Positions 27,856 through 34,954 of a stretch of DNA of 62,388 bases are shown here, one piece after another (the stretch's first letter is position 1; the number at the start of each line of letters is the position of its first letter). The stretch spans positions 1-62,388 of IMG/VR virus record IMGVR_UViG_3300010376_000037, one strand, 5' to 3'. The notes beneath the pieces were generated by a model. The model saw only the letters and a list, made by a program, of their open reading frames with translations, had not been told where the DNA came from and searched no databases. This stretch comes from a virus. Its lineage: Duplodnaviria; Caudoviricetes. Position numbers and translations under genes: made by a program.

Positions 27856-28491
27856 TTATCCGGGTGTGTCAGCAGCCGCGCGGGGCGCTGCTGGCGGTGG
27901 CGTTCGACGCCGAGAAGCCCTGACGACCAGACCCTGGGAGACCCCGTTCTGGTCGCTGCTGATGGTGGTGATCGTCCTCCTTCTCTTGGCGATCGTGATC
28001 TCCTGGCCGGACGACTGACGCGCCAGCTCGCGCTCGGTCCAGTGCCACAGCACCAGCGCGTCGGCCTCGTGGTGCGTGGTTACCGGCCACTTGTTCGCCT
28101 CGCACCATTGCAGGGCCAAGTACTTAAGCATGTCGCTGGGGCCTGAGCCGCGGCCGAGCATCTCCTTGCGCACGGTGCCCTCGGGCTGCACCAGCACCGG
28201 AGCATTGTGACGGTAGGCGACCATCCGCACGATGCCGTCGAGGCCAAACGAGACCGCTGCCTCGCCGGTATTGCGCACGTGGAACCGCTCCGCCATGACC
28301 ACCCTGCTGATGCACTCGGTGCGGAACAGCTCGGTCAGCTGCGCCTCGAACCGGTCGAGCCGGGCGCCGAGCAGGTCGCGCACGCTGCTGGTGGGCAGCC
28401 GCATGGTGCCGTGGCTCGGATCTTCGCCGAGCTGGCCATAGGCATAGCCTGTGACACTGCCGACATCGATCGCGAGCAGGCGGTTAGGCAA
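27856..28491 (-). CDS. RuvC-like Holliday junction resolvase
   Basis: LLAIDVGSVTGYA..VMAE..HEADAL. Confidence 0.75.
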   Translation of the reverse strand: MPNRLLAIDVGSVTGYAYGQLGEDPSHGTMRLPTSSVRDLLGARLDRFEAQLTELFRTECISRVVMAERFHVRNTGEAAVSFGLDGIVRMVAYRHNAPVLVQPEGTVRKEMLGRGSGPSDMLKYLALQWCEANKWPVTTHHEADALVLWHWTERELARQSSGQEITIAKRRRTITTISSDQNGVSQGLVVRASRRRTPPPAAPRAAADTPG

Positions 28492-28672
28492 CGCGATTCC
28501 CTTTCCTCTTCGGCTGACGCTCGCGGCCCCACAGCTCGCGGAAGTCCCTTTGCACGGTCGGGATATCCAAACGCGCCCGCTTCCTGGCTATCAGCCGCTG
28601 CTCCTCCTGGCTCAGCAGCTCTGACCGTAGAGCGACGACGGTGCCCTTCGGAGGGCGGACGCGGTGGATCAT
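28484..28672 (-). CDS. Hypothetical protein
   Basis: ATGA coupling. Confidence 0.5.
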   Translation of the reverse strand: MIHRVRPPKGTVVALRSELLSQEEQRLIARKRARLDIPTVQRDFRELWGRERQPKRKGNRVA

Positions 28673-28881
28673 GCCGCGACCTTCTTGCGCTGCTGCTTCA
28701 CCCAGGCGCGCCAGTCCTCCGAGTGATCGGCGTACAGATTCACCGCGCGCTCCAGTATTACTTTAGTGGGACGGCGCTCGGCGGCGGCCAGCTCGAACAG
28801 CAGCTCGCGTGCGGCATGCGTTGCCCAGACGCTGGCGCCGGGTCCGACGTCCGGATCTGCGGTGTTTCGCCTCCGAGCCAT
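28669..28881 (-). CDS. Possible RHH-type regulator
   Basis: RBS AGGAG; SVWATHAARELLFELAAAERRPTKVILERAV; sits at a divergence point. Confidence 0.55.
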   Translation of the reverse strand: MARRRNTADPDVGPGASVWATHAARELLFELAAAERRPTKVILERAVNLYADHSEDWRAWVKQQRKKVAA

Positions 28882-28908
28882 TTTCTGCACTCCTAAGATG
28901 GAATATCC

Positions 28909-28938
28909 TTGCACAAGATAGTCGGAGACCCATATAAC
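28909..28938 (+). promoter_or_regulatory. Putative sigma70 promoter
   Basis: TTGCAC-18-TATAAC upstream of a GTATCCCATG leader. Confidence 0.45.
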
Positions 28939-28967
28939 GTCAACCACGACCCACTGGAGTGTATCCC

Positions 28968-29183
28968 ATGAGCCTTCCCACCAAGTCATTTATCCAGCTG
29001 CTGCGCGAGGACAACGTGCGGCGCGCGCCCGGCGACATCGAGAAAGTCATCGCGCAGATTGACGCGGCGATCGCGCTGCTGAAGGCGGAGACTTCGCTCG
29101 GGTCATTCAAGGCGTTGTGCGAGCTGTCGCTCGCCGCCGGCCACCTGCATGGCATCAAGATTGGCCTGAAGGTGGAGGACTGA
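28968..29183 (+). CDS. Hypothetical protein
   Basis: Leader GGAGTGTATCCCATG. Confidence 0.65.
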   Translation: MSLPTKSFIQLLREDNVRRAPGDIEKVIAQIDAAIALLKAETSLGSFKALCELSLAAGHLHGIKIGLKVED

Positions 29184-29208
29184 GCATGACTAGGGCGGAG
29201 GACCGGGC

Positions 29209-29460
29209 ATGATTTTTATTGTTCCTCTAACCCTCACTACCATCGTCGGCTACGTCCTATTCATGTGGATCGCTAACATGCTCGATGAGTGGTTCAAAGA
29301 TAGAGAGACAAGGAAACTTCATCGCGAATGGGCTGAGGAGAGGCAACGGGCCGTAGCCCCTACGCCGTCGGCAAAAACGGAGAGCAGTCTTCTTCTGGAT
29401 TTGGCACTAGGTCTCCTGGGTCCGGCTGCAATCGTATTGCTCATATGGTGCCTGATATGA
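29209..29460 (+). CDS. Low-GC two-helix membrane protein
   Basis: RBS GGAGG; two hydrophobic segments; AT-richer than flanks. Confidence 0.6.
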   Translation: MIFIVPLTLTTIVGYVLFMWIANMLDEWFKDRETRKLHREWAEERQRAVAPTPSAKTESSLLLDLALGLLGPAAIVLLIWCLI

Positions 29461-29831
29461 CTCCACGCCGGATCGATGAAGTAACGCCCGGGCACTACCG
29501 CTACCGCCGCGTCAAGGGCGGTCCGTGGATGCCCGCGGTGGTCAGCGTCGATGCCGGCATGATCTATATCGTCGAGGCCGACGAGCGGCTGCAGGTCTGC
29601 ATCGAGGCCACGGCGTTCGCCGATCTCGTGGTGTCGCTGACGATCGAGGGTGCGGCGTTCGACAGCCCGCTGCTCCGGGTGCTGTGGTTCGGCGAGCGGA
29701 TCAGTGCCGAGGAGTATGCGCACATGCTCCAGATGCTGGCCTGGGCGCGCGAGCACCATCCGGATCATCCGCTGAACCATCCCGACCGGCCGATCCGCTT
29801 ATCGGCCGTGCCGGTCACCGCAATCTTCTAG
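29457..29831 (+). CDS. Hypothetical phage protein
   Basis: PGHYRYRRVKGGPWMPA..ISAEEY..HPDHP; ATGA coupling. Confidence 0.7.
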   Translation: MTPRRIDEVTPGHYRYRRVKGGPWMPAVVSVDAGMIYIVEADERLQVCIEATAFADLVVSLTIEGAAFDSPLLRVLWFGERISAEEYAHMLQMLAWAREHHPDHPLNHPDRPIRLSAVPVTAIF

Positions 29832-30003
29832 GGGGGTGCCTATTCCGCACATGACGCGCGCACATGGCGACATGCCCCGCCTCCCTAACGCTGTGGTCCC
29901 CAGAACTCAAGGCAGCCGCAGCGCATGGGCAAACCCGGGCACCCGCCCGTCGTTCCAGCGATGGGTTGAAAGTCGGGTAAGGCGGGGCGCGCGCACTTAG
30001 TCC

Positions 30004-30032
30004 TTGACTGCTAGCCTGAGATAACCTATCTC
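30004..30032 (+). promoter_or_regulatory. Putative sigma70 promoter
   Basis: TTGACT-17-TATCTC upstream of a GTATCCCATG leader. Confidence 0.45.
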
Positions 30033-30063
30033 GGGCGTGTCACCAACCAGAGGGGCGTATCCC

Positions 30064-30300
30064 ATGACCACTATCGTTCCATTCGCGATCGCGCTGCCCT
30101 CCAAGCAGTCCGCTTGGGACATCTGCCATTCGCTGTCCACTCACGCATGGCAGGTCCATGACCAGGGGCACGTAGCCCTCGCTGCCGACTACATGCGGCT
30201 GGCGATCAGCGTCGCCGAGCAGGGCGGCTACACCGAGATGGCCAAGAGCTACACCAACAGCTTGGCTCTCTTCACCACCATCACGAAGGAGGCCGCGTGA
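30064..30300 (+). CDS. Hypothetical protein
   Basis: Leader GGGGCGTATCCCATG. Confidence 0.65.
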   Translation: MTTIVPFAIALPSKQSAWDICHSLSTHAWQVHDQGHVALAADYMRLAISVAEQGGYTEMAKSYTNSLALFTTITKEAA

Positions 30301-30488
30301 TGGCGAAGCCGTCCCCCCGCAGGCCGTGGGTTATGGAGCTGTTCGTCCCCAGCCTGGGCAAGTGGTTCCCGGTCGAGGCCTTCGCCCACGAGGAAATCGC
30401 CGAGGCACACGCAGCGCTGGCCCGCAGGAACGATCCGGCAGCAAGCTTACGCGTCACAAAATTCGTCTCCACAGGGAGTATCCCATGA
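30300..30488 (+). CDS. Hypothetical protein
   Basis: TGATG coupling; RBS AAGGAGG. Confidence 0.6.
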   Translation: MAKPSPRRPWVMELFVPSLGKWFPVEAFAHEEIAEAHAALARRNDPAASLRVTKFVSTGSIP

Positions 30489-31255
30489 GCCAGACCAACC
30501 GCCCGATCGCGCCGAGTCCCGTCGAAGTCTCCGAGTGGCTGGCCGACTCCTTCGGCACTCTGGTGCGGCGCCGCGACGAGCTGCTCGCCGGCTACCGCCG
30601 GTTCACCGAGGCCTGCCCCAACGGCATCGCCGACGACGACATGCTCGGCCGCGCCAACGACTTCGGCTCGGCGCGCGGCCTGCTCGGGGCCTTCCTCAAG
30701 GAGGCCGACACCGAGCGCACGCGCGAGAAGCTGCCCTTCCGCAAGGGCGCCGACGCAGTCGACTCCTTCTTCTCCAGGCTGATCGACCCGATCAAGAGCT
30801 GTCAGGCTGATGTGCGCGGCAAGCTGACCACCTATGAGGTGCGCCGCCGGGAGGCCGAGCGGCTGGAGATCGAGCGGCGGGCCGCCGAGGCCGCGCGCCT
30901 CGCTGCTGAGGCCGCCGCGGCGCAGGATGCGGCGATCGCCAGCATGGCCGAGGATGACCTGGAGCGTGCCCTGGAGGCCTCCGACGCCGCCGAGCAGGCC
31001 GCGGTGCAGGCCGAGGCGGTGGCCGAGCCGACCAAGGTGCGCGGCGATCTGGGGACTGTGGTGAGCCTGCGCACCCGTTGGGTGGCCGACCTGGAGCACA
31101 GCGACCTGATGGCGCTGGTGAAGGCGGTGGCCGCCGGTAAGGCGCCGCTCGCCTACCTGCAGTTCAATAGCTCACGTATCGGCTATGCCGTGCGCTCGGA
31201 GAAGGTCCGCGAGATCCCCGGCGTACGCATCATCGAGGAAAGGGCAGTGGTATGA
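30485..31255 (+). CDS. Coiled-coil protein of the recombination module
   Basis: Long helical body ending VREIPGVRIIEE; leader GGGAGTATCCCATG. Confidence 0.7.
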   Translation: MSQTNRPIAPSPVEVSEWLADSFGTLVRRRDELLAGYRRFTEACPNGIADDDMLGRANDFGSARGLLGAFLKEADTERTREKLPFRKGADAVDSFFSRLIDPIKSCQADVRGKLTTYEVRRREAERLEIERRAAEAARLAAEAAAAQDAAIASMAEDDLERALEASDAAEQAAVQAEAVAEPTKVRGDLGTVVSLRTRWVADLEHSDLMALVKAVAAGKAPLAYLQFNSSRIGYAVRSEKVREIPGVRIIEERAVV

Positions 31256-31479
31256 GCGACCTGCAAGGCCCACCCACCAGCTGGAAGCCGGTGCAGTCGG
31301 CCCCTTCCAACACGACGATCCTGGTGTGCCGCTACAACGCGGCGACCGGGCTCTACAGCTCACCGGTCGCAGCCTCGATCCCGCGGGTTTGGCAGATCCT
31401 CGGCAGCGGTCAGGTGCAGATCGGCGACCAGGACGTGTGGACCGACATGCCCATCCCTCCGACAGGACCAGCCGCATGA
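31252..31479 (+). CDS. Hypothetical protein (WKPVQSAP motif)
   Basis: ATGA coupling on both sides. Confidence 0.6.
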   Translation: MSDLQGPPTSWKPVQSAPSNTTILVCRYNAATGLYSSPVAASIPRVWQILGSGQVQIGDQDVWTDMPIPPTGPAA

Positions 31480-32099
31480 CCAAGACCCTGTATTTCCAGT
31501 CCGACACCTCCGGAAAGCTGCTGTTCCACGCGCCGCTGGAGAGCGCCGACCAGCCGCACATGCTGCGGCTCGCCTGGGTGGTGACCGACGGCGCCGACGA
31601 ATACCGCCAGTGGGGCGCGCTGATCCAGCCCAAGAACGACTGGCGCTTCGAACCGGATGCGATAGTCGCCAACGGCATCGATCCCGAGGTGGCGCGCCAG
31701 CGCGGCCACTCGCTCAGCTTCGTCATGGGCCGCTTCCTGGTGGCGCTCAGCACGGTCGAGCGGGCGTGCGCGTTCAACGCCGACTTCCACCGCCGGGTGG
31801 TGATGCGCAGCCTGTTCGAGATGGGCAACCAGGACTGGGCCAACGTGTTCGACGGCGTCGAGCTGGCCTGCGCCATGCGCGAGGCCACCGACGTGGTCAG
31901 GAAGCCATCGATGAAACCGGGCTCCACGTCGACCGACTATGCGTGGCCCAAGATGTGGGAAGCGTACGACTTTTTCGTCGGCGAGGATCTGCCGTCGCTG
32001 GACCTCGACCCGATCGAGCGCGGCGTCGCCCTGGCGCGCTGCGTGGCGCAGATCGACCGCGGCATTCAGCGCAGCCTGAGGAGTATGGCCCATGAGTGA
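31476..32099 (+). CDS. DnaQ/DEDDh exonuclease-like protein with degenerate active site
   Basis: LYFQSDTSG..QPHMLRLAW..LIQP..NGI..AFNADFH..CAM..WPK. Confidence 0.65.
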   Translation: MTKTLYFQSDTSGKLLFHAPLESADQPHMLRLAWVVTDGADEYRQWGALIQPKNDWRFEPDAIVANGIDPEVARQRGHSLSFVMGRFLVALSTVERACAFNADFHRRVVMRSLFEMGNQDWANVFDGVELACAMREATDVVRKPSMKPGSTSTDYAWPKMWEAYDFFVGEDLPSLDLDPIERGVALARCVAQIDRGIQRSLRSMAHE

Positions 32100-33510
32100 C
32101 AACGACCTTCCCGCCGTACCACCGCCGTCGCGCAATCCGTTCGTCGGCAACGGCAGCCTGACCGTGGCCCAGCCTAGTGTCGGCGCCCTGGCCTCGACCG
32201 AGCAGCAGCGCGCGTTGGGCGAGCTGCAGGCGCAGATCATGCTGGCCAAGCTGTACCCGCGCGATCCGCAGAAGTGCACGGACGACATCCTGCGCGACTG
32301 CACGCGCGTGGGGCTGGCTGAGCGTGCGCAATATGCCTACGCGCGCGGCGGCACCGACGTCAGCGGCCCGTCGATCCGGCTGATGGAAACGATCGCGCGC
32401 CGCTGGGGCAATATTCAGTCCGGCATCAAGGAAGTCAGCCGCGACACCGTCGCCGGCACCTCGGAGTGCATCGCCTACGCCTGGGACGTCGAGACCGGCT
32501 ACCGCGACGAGCGGCAGTTCCAGGTGCGGCACTTCCGCGACGTGCGCAACCGCACCACCCGCAAGATGGAACAGGTGCGGGTTACCGATGAGCGCGACAT
32601 CTACGAGATGGTCGCCAATATGGGCCAGCGCCGGAAGCGCGCCTGCCTGGAGGCGGTGATTCCCGGTGACGTGGTGCAGGCGGCGGTCGAGCAGTGCACC
32701 GAGACACTGCAGGCCAAGGCGGACACCGGCCCCGAGGCGATGAAGCGGATGCTGACGGCCTTCGCGAAGGTCGGCATCACCCAGGCGATGATCGAGCAGA
32801 AGCTGCAGCGCCGCATCGATGCGATCCGCCCGGCCCAGGTGGTGCAGCTCGACCGCATCTACACCGCGATCAAGGACGGTGTGGCCAGCGTGACTGACCA
32901 TTTCCAGGTCGATCCGGTGATGACGTGGCCGCTCCAGCAGGGCCAGCAGCCGCCCCAGGAGCCCGCTCAGGCGCCGCCAGAGTCCACACCACCTCCGACA
33001 CCGGAGCCGCCGCCCGAGCCGCCCGCGGCAGCGTCGCCGCTGGATTACCTGCCGCCCGAGGATGACCGCGAGCGCGAGGGGCGCTTCGAGTACGTGGTGC
33101 TGGATGAAGGCGGTGAGCCGGTGGCCGACGGCGAGGTGTTCCTCGATCCGCTGGCCTGGGCGCAGGAGTTCCTCGCCGACTGGACCAAGAGCAACAACCG
33201 TGCGGCGCTGGAGGCGCACAATGCCGACGCGATCGCCGACGCGCGCGACATGAGCCCCGAGGCCGACGCGCTGCTCGATGCGCTGGTGCCGATGCCCGAG
33301 CTGCCGATCGATAAGGATCAGGCGCTGGCCAGCGATATCCTGGGACAGGTGCCGAAATTGGCGACCGCCGCTGAGGTGCTCGCCTACAGCAAGTCCCCGG
33401 CAGTGCTGACGCCGATCCGGCGCTGGGAGAACGAGGGCCGTACCGGGTTGGTGACTTCGGTGAAGGCGGCGTTCACTGCCCGGCTGGAGGCGCTGCGGAG
33501 GGGCGGCTGA
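32092..33510 (+). CDS. Putative phage recombination (single-strand annealing) protein
   Basis: QRALGELQAQIMLAKLYPRD..YAYARGGTDVSGPSIRL..WGNI..AWDVET..RDIYE..RKRACL..IPGD. Confidence 0.65.
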   Translation: MSDNDLPAVPPPSRNPFVGNGSLTVAQPSVGALASTEQQRALGELQAQIMLAKLYPRDPQKCTDDILRDCTRVGLAERAQYAYARGGTDVSGPSIRLMETIARRWGNIQSGIKEVSRDTVAGTSECIAYAWDVETGYRDERQFQVRHFRDVRNRTTRKMEQVRVTDERDIYEMVANMGQRRKRACLEAVIPGDVVQAAVEQCTETLQAKADTGPEAMKRMLTAFAKVGITQAMIEQKLQRRIDAIRPAQVVQLDRIYTAIKDGVASVTDHFQVDPVMTWPLQQGQQPPQEPAQAPPESTPPPTPEPPPEPPAAASPLDYLPPEDDREREGRFEYVVLDEGGEPVADGEVFLDPLAWAQEFLADWTKSNNRAALEAHNADAIADARDMSPEADALLDALVPMPELPIDKDQALASDILGQVPKLATAAEVLAYSKSPAVLTPIRRWENEGRTGLVTSVKAAFTARLEALRRGG

Positions 33511-33773
33511 TGGCTGACATGTTCCCGCCTTCGCTGGTCGAGCAGATCACCGAGCTGGAGCGCGACCTACTGGCGCGCCAGCGGATCTACGCCCAGCGCA
33601 CCTACACGCGACGGCTAAGTCTGGAGAAGGCGGAGCGGCGGCTGGCGATCCTGCGCGAGGTCATCGCCGACCTACGCCGCCGCTGCACTGAGCCGGAGCT
33701 GGCAGCTCTGGAGCAGCAGAAACAGCGCAAGAAGCGCCAGCGCCAGCCCCAGCGAGAGACCCATGCGGCGTAG
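33510..33773 (+). CDS. Hypothetical protein
   Basis: TGATG coupling; QITELERDLLARQRIY. Confidence 0.65.
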   Translation: MADMFPPSLVEQITELERDLLARQRIYAQRTYTRRLSLEKAERRLAILREVIADLRRRCTEPELAALEQQKQRKKRQRQPQRETHAA

Positions 33774-33786
33774 CTCGTGCATCTCG

Positions 33787-34698
33787 TTACCCAGTGTAAA
33801 TAATATAACCCACGATCACAGTCGGCTGCACATTCTGATTCGCCCCGCCGCCGGCATTCGACTCAGTGATACCGGTGGAGGCGCTCTGGATCGCGGCGTT
33901 GCCCTGCTTAATCACGACGTGATCGAAATGGTAGAAGTAAGAGCCGCCGCCCTGCAGTCCGCCACCGGTCAACGGGTAGCCCTGCGGGTCGCTGGTGTCG
34001 CTACCGACCGGGTGGGTATGGCCGGCGTCGGTATGGGTGTGTCCGGGGTCGTTGAGGCTGTGGTTGTGGGTCTGCAGCAGCTCGCTGCCGCCGATCGCGC
34101 CGATCGTGTTGCCGTTGACGCCGGAGCCGCCGAAGGTCAGCCGGCCCGCGGCGATGCCGCCCATGCCGTCGGCGCCGGCCGGCACGCAGCCGCGCAGGTC
34201 GGGGAGCGCGAAGGTGGTAGCTCCGTCGCCCGCTCCGAACTGGGTTCCCAGGACAGCGAACAGCGACGGGAAGGTGGTGCGGCTTACTTCACTGCCGTCG
34301 CACCACATCCAGTGCGAGGGTGGCGTGGTGCCGCCGTAAGGCTGGATGGCGCCGACCGGAACGCTGCCGGGGACGTAGTTGCCGAAGCCGGAGATCGGAA
34401 TGCCCGACACCGGGTCGCAGTCGTATATCACCGCGCCTGCGGGATCTTTCAGCACCACGCGGTAGGCCGGCGAGGGGATCATGAAGGACTGCGGGAACAT
34501 GCCCCAGCTGTTCGCGGTGATCGGGTTAGACAGCGCGGTGGTGAGCAGCGGATCGCTGTAGACCGACTGCAGCGTCGAGGTGCCGGTCGCATAGAAGGTG
34601 ACCGTGGCGCCGACCAGCGGCACGCCCTGCTGATCGACGATCTGCGCGATCGGCAGCGCGAAACGCGAGCCGATCCCCGGGCCGATGGTGCCAGACAT
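33787..34698 (-). CDS. Tail fibre protein with virion-attachment N-terminus and tail-collar domain
   Basis: PLVGATVTFYATGT..NPITANSWG; PVGAIQPYGG..WMWCDGSEVSRTTFPSLFAVLGT..TTFALPDLRG; ends NVQPTVIVGYII. Confidence 0.88.
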   Translation of the reverse strand: MSGTIGPGIGSRFALPIAQIVDQQGVPLVGATVTFYATGTSTLQSVYSDPLLTTALSNPITANSWGMFPQSFMIPSPAYRVVLKDPAGAVIYDCDPVSGIPISGFGNYVPGSVPVGAIQPYGGTTPPSHWMWCDGSEVSRTTFPSLFAVLGTQFGAGDGATTFALPDLRGCVPAGADGMGGIAAGRLTFGGSGVNGNTIGAIGGSELLQTHNHSLNDPGHTHTDAGHTHPVGSDTSDPQGYPLTGGGLQGGGSYFYHFDHVVIKQGNAAIQSASTGITESNAGGGANQNVQPTVIVGYIIYTG

Positions 34699-34714
34699 CT
34701 AGGAGTATCCCCCC

Positions 34715-34954
34715 ATGCGTGCTGATCCAGGGCACCTTTGGTTGCCGACCGGACGTAACCCGATGGTCGTAGAACCGCCGCCTAATCTACCGAGCCCAGA
34801 TCCCGGGCCGCTGCCGCAGTATTCGTCGCTCCCCATTTGGCTGGAGCTGATCGACGGCCTGCGACAGATCATCAGAGGCTTTGCGCTGGTCGCGTGGTGG
34901 ACCCTCGTGGCCACGGTCTCGGTCATTGTGCTCTCGGGGCTGGGGCTGCACTAA
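34715..34954 (+). CDS. Small membrane protein antisense to the late operon
   Basis: RBS AGGAG; C-terminal hydrophobic segment. Confidence 0.45.
   Translation: MRADPGHLWLPTGRNPMVVEPPPNLPSPDPGPLPQYSSLPIWLELIDGLRQIIRGFALVAWWTLVATVSVIVLSGLGLH

Noticed and set aside
29925-29990. c-di-GMP-I riboswitch suggested by GGGCAAACC
   Set aside because: The following GNRA-capped stem and GCAAAG segment are not in the expected arrangement.
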